From Selaginella moellendorffii (Eukaryota > Plantae > Lycopodiophyta), in assembly GCF_000143415.4 (NCBI RefSeq), contig NW_003314281.1, forward strand, positions 1,341,882-1,405,881: DNA of 64,000 nucleotides. Reading direction: 5' to 3'. Shown piece after piece: positions 39,249 to 51,450 of the stretch (positions within the stretch are counted from its first letter, which is position 1; every line of letters begins with the position of its first letter). The notes below the pieces were generated by a model. It saw only the letters and a list, made by a program, of their open reading frames with translations, was not told the DNA's origin and did not search any database. Made by a program: the position numbers and the translations under genes.

Positions 39249-40265
39249 ATGGGGCTCCGGCTTGATCTCCCTTACCTCGTCTCCAAGAAGGGCCACGTCC
39301 TGTCGCCGCGGCCGATTGGAGTGAAGAAGCTCAAAATCCCCAAGCGCGTCTTCTTCATGCTCGGCTATCCGGTATGTGGATCGATCGCATTGTCGATCGA
39401 CTGGCTAAATCACTGCTCCAGGGCACGGGCAAGTCTACCGCGATCGCGTCTATCCTTGAGAAGCTCAGGAAGAATCACCCCAGGCTGCGAGTCCAGGGCT
39501 TCTACCAGAGTAGGAACTATTTGTCTGGCGCTTTATAAATGCTGTAGCTCTGACCGTGCGTTCTTTTGTCCTGGAAGAACCATTGCTTCGCAGGGGCGAG
39601 AGCATTGGCGTGGAATCGGTCTCGGTGAATGGCCCCAGCAAGATCTTCACGTCAACATATCCCATTCCGTGTGAGAGGATTTTCATTCTCTTTTTTGACA
39701 TGGAAACGCGTTTTTTGTTCATTCTTTTTCTTACTTAGGGGGTCCGCCACACGGACTCCGCCATTTCTGGGAAAGCATAGGATCGACATTGGAGCTTTCG
39801 AATCCATCGCTTTACCGGAGTTAAAAGTATGTTTACTGAATCGAGCGCGATTGAGCAAAGTTTGATTTTTTTTTTCTTGTGTCTTGTGTGTGTGTGTGCA
39901 GCTACACTACGAGACCGAGCTCTTTGTCGTGGACGAAGTGGGAGTGAAGGAACTAATGTCTCCAAAGTTTTATCCTTTGCTCCAAGACGTGCTCAACTCC
40001 GAGGTTCCGATACTGGGAACTTTGCAACGGAATTGCTACTGGGAGGACAGGATCAAACAAGGTTCTGCGTTGTCAAATCAAATTCCGGTTCCTAAAAGTG
40101 AAACTTTTGGCAGTGGAGGAGATCAAGAAACGCAAAGACACGCTGATCTACAAAATCTACAAGAAGACCACGAACCACACAGCAAAGCTGGTGTACCAAA
40201 GGCTCAACCAGTTTTTCCTCTACAGGAAAGAGGAAGGCCGAGATCACATCCGGAGAAGTCACTGA
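39249..40265 (+). CDS. NTPase_1 family (NTPCR/THEP1-like) nucleoside triphosphatase
   Basis: GYP|GTGKST P-loop, VQGFY, FVVDEVGVKELMSPKF, VPILGTL across short exons. Confidence 0.82.
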
Positions 40266-40423
40266 TCGTGTTCATAATCAAATGGTACATTTTTCTCCTT
40301 CTTTCTATCCTTTGATTGATCCCGTGCTGCGATAGATCACATCAACGCGATAGTTTTGCTTGTCTCGTCAGAAGGTACACTTGTTCTTCCCGATTGTTCT
40401 TGTTTTTAACTTCGAAACTTCAG

Positions 40424-41403
40424 CTAGACGCGAGCTGGTCTCGAGAGCCCCATGCCGGTGCCACTACCAACATGCTTGAACGTCTTGGCTTCCAGATTTT
40501 CATCGTGACCAGCGAAACCAGTGCCACCTTTCTCCAGCGTCACCATGTTCTTGGCCTTGCACGGCCGGTTACACACCGAGCAAGCCTTCTCCGGGATGAT
40601 GAACTGCTCGGCACACTTCTTACACAGGACGTGACCGCAGCTATTGATCACCACCAGCGTCGTCCTGTTCGTCAGCGTGGTGGAACACGAAGGACACATA
40701 TACCGGTTCTCTTCCGTGTCCTTCCCTTCAGGGTCGACGATCTCGCTGAAAGAAATCGTGAAGAGCTGCTTGAGCTTGAGCTTCTCCTTCCCTTCCGGAC
40801 AGATCGTATCAGTCGATGGAGCGTCGATTCTCTCGGCGGCCTCTGGAGTCGCCGATGGAAGCCAGAAAGCTTTCATGCTTTTCAGCGCCTCCTCTTCGTA
40901 AGACGTGACTTTGACGCTGTTGGCTCCCTGGAATCCAGCCTTTGCGTCGCCAAAGTCGTGGTTCTTGTCGTGGTGAGGCACCGCGCTGTTGTTCTGGCGA
41001 TCGAATGCCTCGAGCGCGCGCTCCTTCTCGAGATTTCGCCGCTCCAGCTCGTCCTCTTGATCCTTCTTCTGCTGCGTCGCGAACAACGCGATCTTCCTAT
41101 AGCGCCCACAAAGGCGTTGCAAAATCTATCCTTTCCCCAAGCACAAATCAAGGAAAACCCATACCTCTTGATGTCCTTCTTCTGAGCTAGCAGGGACTCG
41201 AGAATGCACTCCTTGCAGAAGAGATGGCCCTTTTGGCAGCACTGCGGATCGGTGAGGCGCTTAAGGCAAATGCAGCAGGCATCGAATGGCTTGATCGAAT
41301 CCTTGCCCAGCCGCTCCTTCTGCGTGCCATAGCCAAGCTTGCGCCGCTCATCGTATGTGAAGAATGCGAGATCGTTGTTGTTCTTGGAGTGGCGCTGCGG
41401 CAT
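40424..41403 (-). CDS. CSU1: Nitric oxide synthase-interacting protein / E3 ligase CSU1
   Basis: MPQRHSKNNNDLAFFTYDE, LGKDSIKPFDAC, KAFWLPSATP, C-terminal RING, GGTGFAGH. Confidence 0.93.
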
Positions 41404-41484
41404 CCTTCCTCTCCTCAAGCCCTAGAAATTCAAGGAATCAAAACAGAATAAACCTTAAAACTATATGGACTAATAAAAAGGCAA

Positions 41485-41558
41485 TTCCATTGCCGGGATT
41501 TGAACCCGGGTCGCCTGGGTGAAAGCCAGGTATCCTGACCGGACTAGACGACAATGGA
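41485..41558 (-). tRNA. tRNA-Glu(TTC)
   Basis: Reverse complement TCCATTGTCGTCTAGTCCGGTCAGGATACCTGGCTTTCACCCAGGCGACCCGGGTTCAAATCCCGGCAATGGAA. Confidence 0.95.
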
Positions 41559-41664
41559 TGGTGTGAAACCTTGGAATTTTTTTCACTACAGCCGATACCG
41601 CTTTAACCCATTTTAACTTACCACATAGACGTTTGCGGCTTTTTACTTTCTTTAACTCTTCTCT

Positions 41665-43328
41665 TCATGGAAATTCACCATCGCTCTCAAACTCGTCGGA
41701 TGAAACAACTCCTCCCACTAAGTTATCGTCCGTGTCGGTTTTGTCGTCCTTGCCTCCAAACTCGTCCTCGGTGAAGTCTTGGTACTCGGCTGGATTGGAC
41801 TTTGGCCGCGGAGGTTCTCTCTTCTTGTGCTTGAGTGGAGGCGCCACAAACGCGATCTTTTCCACCAGTCCAGCCACATCCGACTCTTGGCGCATCTTCT
41901 CCAGTCGAGCAGCCAGTCTGCTCATATGAGCTTCCAGAGCTTCTTTGCTTTGATTGTATCTAGCCCTGTACAAAGCCTGGAAGGAAAAAACACAGCAATG
42001 TTTCAGTGTGATCTAGAGAAACTTGGTAGAACCAAAAGGCGATGATCTCTGGAGGACTCAGAGATCAAGAGATAAAGAACATGAGACAAGAAGAACGATC
42101 AAGCAAAACGGTGGTGTGTTTCAGTGTGATCTAGAGAAACTTGGTAGAACCAAAAGATGATGATCTAGCAAAACAGCTAGAGGACTTAGAGAAAACAAAA
42201 GAAGGTAAAGATGTTGAGTGACAAGAAGAACGATCAAGCAAAATGGTGGAGTTGATCTAGCGTGAAAGAATCGGAGAACTTGAGAGAAAGAGTGAGAGCT
42301 ACTTACATTTCTCTTGGAGAGCTGGTTCTCCGGAATTAGCTCGTTTGGCTGCCTGTAGTTCCTGCCTCGGTACATGTAGACAGTGGTGCCTATGATGTCC
42401 ACAACGATGCCTCCGCTCAGTCTCGCCAGCTCGGCCGCCATGTCTTTGATCTTGCTCTTGTGGAACATATGGAGGTCGATCTGGCACGTCTCGTGGAACT
42501 TCCAGTGCTGGTGGATGTTTTCGATGGTTCCACCAAAAATCCCTCGCACTCCAACCGGAACGTAGTTCCTGTTCATGTTTGCGAGCTTCTTGAGCGAGTA
42601 GAGCTGCTCTGGCGTGAGTATTTCTGGATCGTGCTCGGACTCCTCGTCCGGTGGAAGTTTCAGGCTCTCGAGCCGCTGCTTTTGGAGAGCAAGCTTTCGT
42701 CTAGTCTGCAAGGTGAAGAAGAAAAAGAAAAGAAGTTAGAACACCTGAGATCATAGAAAACAAATGGAAGTACCAATTCGAGCCTCCACATAAGCTTTGC
42801 TTCCGGGGTCATGTTGTGCTGCCTAAACGCTCCTCTCTCACGGAGGAGCTTCGCATTCTCGATCGCTCGCCTTTTCTTCTCGTTCTCGTTTAGATTCAAT
42901 CCAACGTACTCGCCAGTTTGTGGGTTCGTCCACCTTGCTTGAGCCTCCATGCACGAACTTGTCACAAAAGTTCGACAGAAGAATCGTTTTCCCTGCTCTC
43001 TCGCTGACGAGAACGAAGATATGGCGATGGAGTTCGTAACGATCTCGCTTTTCCCTGTGAGAACTTAGAACCATAAACACAATCGAAACTTCCAAAGATC
43101 ATACCTCTTCTTGGATCGAAAATGGATACATGCTCGTTTTTTCCTGTAAGAAGCCTGCTATTAAGAACAATAGCCATGAACATATCAAGTTATACCTCTG
43201 GATTCTCGAGAAAAAATTCCTCTCCAGGCCAATCTGATCGATCCTGTGATGCGAATCCATCACGAAATCGGCACAAAGAGCTAGAATCTGCGTATACCTT
43301 GTCGTGATCGTGAGACAGTGCTCCACAT
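41665..43328 (-). CDS. Single-CRM (CRS1/YhbY) domain organellar RNA-binding protein, CFM9-like; 5' end uncertain
   Basis: MTPEAKL, HDPEILTPEQ, NYVPVGVRGIFGG, LARLSGGIV, MYRGRNYRQP. Confidence 0.85.
42000..42260. repeat. Diverged ~118-bp tandem duplication in the last intron of the CRM gene
   Basis: gtttcagtgtgatctagagaaacttggtagaaccaaaag at ~42000 and ~42118; gacaagaagaacgatcaagcaaaa also occurs twice. Confidence 0.85.
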
Positions 43329-43460
43329 TCTCCGCCCCGGAGCATCAAAACCCTAAACCTTTGGCATTACGAATGACCCTAGCAGGGATTTTGGAGGGAG
43401 GGAGAGGGCTGGCGATTTCGTCTCGAAAGATCGACTCCTCGGCGACTGGAGCACAGCGCC

Positions 43461-46400
43461 ATGGTAGATTTCATCTTCGGTGAGCTTCTTGGCACGGCGT
43501 CCTCGTGAATCGCTTCCAGATCGGTGCTAGGGCGCCTACATTCAAGAAAGATCCAGGTCTGGACACCGCATTCTTGCGCAGCGTCTTGCGATGGCTGGAT
43601 AGATCGGCAAGGGTCGCGATGGAGCATCAGCAGGAGCCAGTCTTGGAAAAGGATTTGCACGAATTGCGGCAGGAGCTAGAGAAATCGATCGCCTCGGACA
43701 CGCATACGTCGCTGGCGGCTAATATGCTGCTGGATGTTCCCATCGCCGACGGGAGTGGTGGAGGCTCTGTGGTCTCGGGGATTGATCGTGAGCCAGCGGT
43801 TGTCGTGCAGATGATTGGGAACTTCCAAGGAGGTGATGCTGCTACTCCAGCTCCTGCTGGTGGTACGTGATCGATCGTTCCTTAGCTTAGCTTTGATAAG
43901 TTTTCTAACTGCGTGCTTTGTGAAGAACAACCATCTTCATTCCCCGGAGAAGACCAAGAACAACAGGTTCTTCGATTTATCACTGAGTTTCTTCGATTCT
44001 TAAAGCAGATTTTAGCTGCAGAGAAGCAAATATGGAGAAGGAAATGCCTTGAAGGGAAATAAGTTGGCTAAGAAGTTTGGAAGAAAGGTCTATATTGGGA
44101 ACGTCATTGGCTTTGATCCTGAAAGACAGTGGTACAAGGTATGAGTCTCATCTAAACTGTCTGCAATAATGCCCATTTGGCTGTTGTGAAATGTGATAGG
44201 TTGAATATGAAGATGGCGACCAGGAGGAACTTTGGTGGTGGGAGCTGGAACCTTTATTGATTCAATATGAAAAAAGAATGGAATCAATGACAAAGAAACG
44301 ATCACGGTCCGGAGGAGATAAAAAAGCGTAAGAAACCTTTGGTTTTTGAGCTTATGACATGTTTTGATAGTCAGGCTAAGCGGATGAGAGATCCGGACGA
44401 AGAATATCTAGAGCTGGTAGAGGAGCTCAGTATGTTCTCCTCGTCTTCAGGAACTTCTGAAGACGATGATTGGGATAGGGATATCAAGAAGACACCGAGA
44501 TCCAAAAGATCGGGAAAGAAACGAAAGGCGGAAAGCTTGCAAGCTGAAAGAGGGAGCGTGTCTACTGAAAGTATACAGGCTGCCTCCGAGGAAGCTGCTA
44601 CTGAATCCGTTAGCCGGAGAGTAGTAAGATCAAAAAGCTCCTCGGGGAATGAGAACGGCTTCAGCTTGATCGGAAGAGAAACCAGGAAAGTTTTTAAAGG
44701 AAGAAATTATATAGGCAAAGTCATTGAGTTCGATCCGGAAGCAAAGTTTTACAAGGTGCGTGTTTCTCTCTAAGTCAATCTCCTCCTAATTTATTTTTTT
44801 ATTATGTCTGCCACAGGTTGTATATGAGGATGGTGACTCGGAGGAGCTTGAGTGGAAGGAGTTAAAGGCTACATTAGTTTCCAACGACGGCAAATTGCTT
44901 GTCAGCAATGGCCACGTTGAAACAGAATCCAAACAGTCCAGCAATCCGTCCAGCAACAGATCCGTAGATGACACAGAGGTGAATGAACATACTCCAAGGA
45001 GGTACCTACGTTAGTTCGCTGCTTAGTCCTTCCCTTGATATTACCATATTGTACAGGGGAGGAAAAAAGCTGGATGAGATGCCTCTGACAAGCTCTCAAG
45101 TCAAGTATCCAGGCGCATTGCATCCAGCGTTTGAAAGAGCCCGTTTCTTGGAAAATAACACTGAAAAACTGGAGTATTTTGCATGGGGCGAAGTTGTCGC
45201 TTTCGACAAAGCTAAGTGTCCCGATCTGAAAGCTATGGGGACTCTGCCAACAAAGTCTCCCATTGTTCATTTAGCCGTAAGTAGTTCAATTTCATCGTTT
45301 ACGTCTAATACATATAAAGAATTTCAGGCAAGCCAGCATCATCTTGCTGTGTTAACAGCTGCGGGACAGGTTTTTGTTTGGCGAAACAAGCATGGAAACA
45401 TTACTGAGCGTTGCGATGCATGGGAACATATTTCCAGTCTGGATGATAAAACTATAGTTTTGGTTGACATTGCTGGACCAGAGTTGGAGAGATCATCGGC
45501 AGGTTACTCTTCTCATCAAGAAGACCAGGTGAATTGTCAAAGCTTTTCGGCAACATTTTTAACGCACTCTACAGGTTCCAGATCCTTTTTTCCTAGCTGC
45601 GGTGTCTTATAATGGAAATGAGTACGTTCTTCATGGTTCTCAGCCTCATGAACCTGTATGTATTAGATTGCTGTTCTTTATCTGACATATTGCCTCCTGA
45701 AGGTTCATACTTATTCTTTGTTGGAGGAATTCCAATATCCAAGCCTTGAAGATTTATTGAAATTGAATGACACGACTGTGAACAATTTGGGCCGGATTTC
45801 TCAAGTGGCTGTTGGAACTGTTGACGCATTTGACGAGCCTCCATTCATCGGGTACATGTGGCTTCAAGTTATGCACGCTTAAAATAGTTGCAATGCAGGT
45901 ACATTATGGACACCGATCGCGTTTATATTAGATCTGCAACGAAGGACTTCATGGAAGAAGTGAACCACATCACAGGATTTTCGGGAAGGCCTTTGAAAAT
46001 CCAGGTAGTCTATGCGTTTATTTAGTTGTCTTCTTATCGTGATAATTTTAGTGTGGAAGTGCATATCACGCTATTATTCTGACTGATGATGGTCGGGCCT
46101 GGACTTGGGGTCGTGGTTATTTCCCCGGCACCGGCAATGCAACATTTTCTGTATGTCAACCTGCTCTTGGCAGTCTAGTCAACCGAAAGGTTTCTGGTTT
46201 TGTTTTTATAAATCTTTGTGTAGTAACATTTCAGTAACAGGTTGTGGATATTGCTTGCTGTGGTCAGAACTTTATAGCTCTAACAGATGACGGTGAAGTT
46301 CACCAATGGACTCACGGACCTCCCAATTCCTTCCTCGGCGTTGAGAATTCACCAAAATCAGCTTTAAAAGTTCCAACGGAGGACAAGCTACAGAAGGTTG

Positions 46401-46701
46401 CACTTGGAGTCGGGGTTGTCGCTGGAATTTCTAGCGCGGGAAAGCTCCATACCTGGAAGACTTCTCTTGGACACCCAACCTCTGCCAAATGCGCTACACC
46501 GCTGAGTCGTGATGAGAAAAGTAAAGATACCTTTGTTGCTGCACTAGGTATGTATTTTCGGATTTGAGCTAACTAGTCCACGGTCGCTACTTAACTGTAG
46601 GCACGAGATCTATGCTAAAAGCCTTCTGCGTTGCTGGCTCGTCAATAGCAGTCGGGCGAAAGAAGCCACGAGGAAGGCCTGCCATTGGAAAAGACCCCTG
46701 A
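43461..46701 (+). CDS. Protein with two PTM/DIR17-like Tudor domains, RCC1-like repeats and a C-terminal AT-hook-like motif (model inferred)
   Basis: KKFGRKVYIGNVIGFD..WYK|VEYEDGDQEEL and KVFKGRNYIGKVIEFD..FYK|VVYEDGDSEELEW; HLAVLTAAGQVFVW, LTDDGRAWTWG, CGQNFIALTDDGEVHQW; KPRGRP. Confidence 0.65.
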
Positions 46702-46875
46702 AGGTGGTGTACACTTCTTGTTGCTATTTCTTACTCTTCTTTTCCTCCAGGCAGAAGATTAGTATGTACAATACAGATTGACTCATGGTGACTACTTTGT
46801 CCAGTTTTGTATGCAAAATTACAGCAATATAGAATTCAACTGACTGCTTTTGGCAAGCTCTTTGTATTTACTCAG

Positions 46876-48918
46876 CTACCAACAATCGCGGCAAGAACAA
46901 AATCCGTTCTCGAAGTGGTGAAACCTGGTGGCGTCCCTGACAGCAATTTTTCTGTTTAAATGTTTGGACAGAAACTTGATGACGTTATGGCAGTCCGAGC
47001 AGACTCTGAGGTTCTTGACGATGCAAAGAGACGCCTCGGGTGGAGTGTTGAGAACTCCAAAGGCAAGTGCAAGCTTTTCACTGTGGTAACTTAATGACTG
47101 CTCCGTTTCTTCTTCTTCCATTTCAGCTATCCTTGTGTCTGGAACGTACCCGGCCTCCTTCATCTTCTGGAACAGCCTCCTCAGCTCGTTATAAGCGTCA
47201 TCTCTCCGTGGATGCGTCTCATCGAGTGAATAAAACTCGTTGGTCTGGCCTTTGATGGTGATTGTACTCTTTCCAGGTAGCTTCTTTCTGCACTTGATTC
47301 TTATCTGGTCTCTGAGTTTCATTTCCGCAGCTCTGTCCCCAGCGCTGGCGTAGATGTTGGACAGCATAACATAAGGTGCTGGATCTTTTATGGAGCTCTC
47401 GTCCAACTCAAAGAGATGGTTAGCAACCCGGCCTGCCCGTTTCAAGTCTCGGAAAGTCCGGCAAGCACTGAGTAAGCTCGTCCATGCTACAGCACCGGCT
47501 TTAAATGGCATTTTAGTGATGAGAGTTTCTGCGTCTTTCAGGTAGCCAGCCCGTCCAAGGAGGTCAATCGCGCACAGAAAGTGTGACTCGTTTGCAGTGA
47601 CACCATAGTAGTCACCACTTACCAACGAGCTGAAGATATCAGAGCCTTCGTCGAACAAAGCGCCGTGGCTACAAGCAGAGAGAGTGTTGATCAGCGTTAT
47701 CCCGTTGGGCTCCACTCCTGCTTGAACCATGATCCGGAAGATGTCTAGAGCTTCGGAGCTGTATCCATTCTGTGAGTAGGCCGCGATGATCGCTGTCCAA
47801 GATACTACGTCACGGTAAGTCATTTCAAGAAACGTTTGCCTTGCTAACTCCGGGAGACCGCACTTGCCGTACATGTTGCAGATTGAGTTGGCGACACTGA
47901 TATCCTTGGCCAATGCTTCATCCATTCCGTCGCAAATGAACCTACCCAGTGAAGAAGCCGTGAGGTTCGCACAGGCATCGAGCACGCTGCAGTAAGTCAT
48001 CCTACTCGGCTGCAACCCTTCCAGGTCCATACGTCGAAAGAGCTCGAGAGCCTGCTTTGGACGTCCGTTCTGGCCGAATCCAGCGATCATGGCATTCCAG
48101 GAAATGACACTTTTGTCCGGCATCTCCCGGAAAAGCTTCTCGGCCTCGTCAACGCGAGCGTTCTGAGCGAAAGCCGTGACCATGGCATTCCAGGAGACAA
48201 CAGTCCGGTCCTTCATGCTGTCGAACAAGCTCTTGGCCTCGGAGACGCAGCCATTGTAGCCGAGCGCAGAGATCATCACGTTGTAGGAGGCGACGCTGGG
48301 CTCCGGCATCCTGTGAAACATCGACCTGGCCTCCTGGAGCTGGCCAGTATGAGCGTACAGAGAGATCATCGCGTTCCAGGCAATGGTGCTGGGCTCCCGG
48401 GTGGAATCAAACATCGACTTTGCTTCCTCCTTGTGCCCGGACTTGGCATACATGGTCACCATGGTTGTCCACGACGCAGAGGTCTTCCCGGGCATCCTCT
48501 CGAACAGCCGCCTCGCCTCGGGGATCCTCCCAGCGTTACCGTAAGCCGCGATCAACATGTTCCAGGAGAGGACCTTTGGACAGGCGACGGCGTCGAAGAG
48601 CTTGCGAGCATCTTCCAAGCTCCCGCAAGCCGAGTACATTTGGACGAGCTGGTTCTGGAGCTCCGGGTCGTGGTTGAGGCCTTGCTCCACGACCTGGGAG
48701 TGGAGGCGCTTACCTTCGGCAAGGGACTTTGACTTGGTGGCTCGTCCCAGCGCGTCGAGGAGGTTGGTCTTTGCGGCAAGATTTCTTACCGCCTCTGTTG
48801 CAGCTCCAGGCAATGCGGCCATGGTGCGGAGCCATCGCCTTTGGAGCTTCACGGCGCCCAACTCGCGCCTGCTTTGGAACATGCCTAAACCCTTGGAACT
48901 GAAACGAAATGGATCCAA
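46876..48918 (-). CDS. PLS-class PPR protein with E and DYW domains (C-to-U editing factor type), intronless and intact
   Basis: 680-aa ORF with VxSWNAM repeats, PG box, HSEKLA, KNLRVCSDCH; ends CSCRDCW. Confidence 0.95.
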   Translation of the reverse strand: MDPFRFSSKGLGMFQSRRELGAVKLQRRWLRTMAALPGAATEAVRNLAAKTNLLDALGRATKSKSLAEGKRLHSQVVEQGLNHDPELQNQLVQMYSACGSLEDARKLFDAVACPKVLSWNMLIAAYGNAGRIPEARRLFERMPGKTSASWTTMVTMYAKSGHKEEAKSMFDSTREPSTIAWNAMISLYAHTGQLQEARSMFHRMPEPSVASYNVMISALGYNGCVSEAKSLFDSMKDRTVVSWNAMVTAFAQNARVDEAEKLFREMPDKSVISWNAMIAGFGQNGRPKQALELFRRMDLEGLQPSRMTYCSVLDACANLTASSLGRFICDGMDEALAKDISVANSICNMYGKCGLPELARQTFLEMTYRDVVSWTAIIAAYSQNGYSSEALDIFRIMVQAGVEPNGITLINTLSACSHGALFDEGSDIFSSLVSGDYYGVTANESHFLCAIDLLGRAGYLKDAETLITKMPFKAGAVAWTSLLSACRTFRDLKRAGRVANHLFELDESSIKDPAPYVMLSNIYASAGDRAAEMKLRDQIRIKCRKKLPGKSTITIKGQTNEFYSLDETHPRRDDAYNELRRLFQKMKEAGYVPDTRIAEMEEEETEQSLSYHSEKLALAFGVLNTPPEASLCIVKNLRVCSDCHNVIKFLSKHLNRKIAVRDATRFHHFENGFCSCRDCW

Positions 48919-49499
48919 GACGAAGCAGCTATATCAGGTGACTTCTTACTCAATGATTTATGTTTCGCTCACATGTTTCATCTTTGTCCGGATCATCTTC
49001 TTTCAGTTTTTTCTGTCCATGCATCAGCCTTTGTACATCAAATCAGTAATATCATCACTGCTCAGGAGATCGATATTGTCAAGTGCCGTACCCAAGATCG
49101 CGCTGGATCGCATTGAGGACGATCGTAAGAGTGGATGCCATGCTTCGCCATTCTGCCGCCATCCTAGTGCACCCGAGCAGAGGACTCTTTTTTGGGAAGA
49201 TCCAGTGTACACGTTGTTCAACGAGGTCTGAGAACCCAGCCGAAATGATTGATCGAAAGAAAAAATAGGACCTATTGAAGTTTTCGTGGACAGACTCTGG
49301 AAAAAAAATGGAGGAGCTTTTTCTCTACTCTGACTACCTCAAAGAAGCGAGAGTTTTGAGTTAAATACCAGCAGTTCGATTTTATTCGAACTTAAAGTTT
49401 GTAAGCCATCCACATATATAGATTCAACAACCAGCAGTGTCCCAAAATATTTTTCTTGAATTTTTATTTCCTCCAATAAAATTTTAAGGTTACGTATAA

Positions 49500-51450
49500 T
49501 CCTCCTTTAAAAATGGTATGCCATTAATATACTTTTGGCCAACTCAACTAAATTCTTTTTGTTTTTTAAATTAACTAACAACTGTGGTTAGAAAACATTA
49601 TTTTAGTTGTCATAGTTTGGTACATTGAAAACTGGTATGCCGTGATTAGGTTTTGGAGTTGGAATAGGATAGTTGTTATGTCCTATTTTAATGATATTGA
49701 AAAAAGAATTGAGGACAATTAAGATCATCACCTAATATAGTACCATAGTGTATTTATTTGTCACTGTGCTATTGTCCAAAAAGCCCTAGATAATTTATAA
49801 ACTAAATTTGATCAATCTGGAAGAAAGTATGTTATTAATTTTTTGTTAACCAAGTATGCCCAGAAGTTGAGGAATATGCCAAGTGAATAATAATGAAACC
49901 AAGATCACAATGGCTAGAAATTGAAACTCCACTGAGACATTTAGATTGGAGAGGAAGAGAAAAATCATCTGATGAATATTATACCACTTCCAAACTACTA
50001 TTGGGTTCAATAACTAAAATTAAGAAAGACTAAAAATGAAGCAATGTAGAGGGTTTTAGTGATTCATGAAGAAGAAATGAAGTCAAAACAAGAAAGAACA
50101 AAGGAGTTGTCTAGCTAAACAATCTTTAATTAGATTGTACTTTCATATTTCTTAAAACCTTATGTGCAACATCTACTATGTGAATATAATGATAAAGTGC
50201 AAGACAAGGATACTACTTCTAAAGTTGGTCTATATCTCCACAAACATATAGAAGTAGTTCTTGATTTGACATTATTATTTAGCATTATTATTTAGTATTA
50301 GAGAGATGCTATTGAAAAGTGGCTCTAATCTTCATAAGTATTGTGCCTTGCTTATATGTTAATTGTTCAAGAGCAGGCCCATTGAACAAGGAACAGAGGT
50401 TTTATGACAATGCTCTAACTGATATTTTTATGAATGATGTTATAGTGGACAACAAAGCTAATGATCCTCATGAGAAATGTTGGATCTAAGTGAAAAAGTA
50501 TGAGCTCTTTAACATTATCATGAAGGCCAAAACAAAAAGTATTCCTTAAGAGTTGTCTCATTCTATGAAATATTGGTGACAACCATTTAGAACTCAAATG
50601 TTACATGCAAATTTGGAACCTTGATGCAAATGTTACAAATTGTTGATGGCAGTCCATTTATAAACATGTTGAAATCTTGAAAAATAAAATCCCTCTTCTC
50701 AAAAAGAGCAAAGAATCAAAAGAAGTATCTCAATAAAAAGAGATCAAATTAATCCCATAGTTGAAGTGCAATATCAATTAGGCTACATAACAATCCAAAG
50801 CCTAACTTGGTTAAGGAATCCATGAAACTTAAACTATATGCTATTAAATTTTGTTGAGCTTAAAATTGGAAAACCACTATTTTTGCTGAAGAACTTGCTA
50901 AAGGGTTAAGTGAAAAGCTATTTTGGATTGCTGCAAAAGTTCCATATGGCTTCCATGGAATATCAACATTTGACTAGAGCTGAAGAAGGGGATGTAAAAA
51001 ACCATCAATCAAAAGTGTTTAAACTATCAAGAGTTAGTTATCAAGAGAAGAGAAGATGACAAAAATTATTAACAATATACTCAAAAAAGAGAAAAATGGA
51101 TTTGTATTGAATATGTTGAGTAAAAAGTCCTAGAAACCTTACTTTTATCTCTAGAAATTAATCTGATCCAATCTCAAATTAATCTATGAACCTAATTTGG
51201 ATATGAGTCTATGCTAATCCTAGATGTTATCTATGTGTATTTCAATTCTTACATGACATGAAGAAGTCAATTGCTAATTTAAATAGCCTTACAACTGCAC
51301 AAAAGCAAGAAAAAGCATTGCTTAGTGATCATATAGTGACTAGATCCTTATGTGTACATATGTGTGTACTTCTACTCACTTGGCTTCTCATCAAGATTGT
51401 TTTTTTCATGATACAAGGGTAACAAATCAACTAACATCAAATGATTGCTG
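49500..51450 (+). mobile_element. Possible highly decayed DNA transposon (hAT-like) remnant
   Basis: AT-rich and stop-riddled; NVTCKF and LFWIAAKVPY weakly recall the BED finger and N-terminal hAT motifs. Confidence 0.25.
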
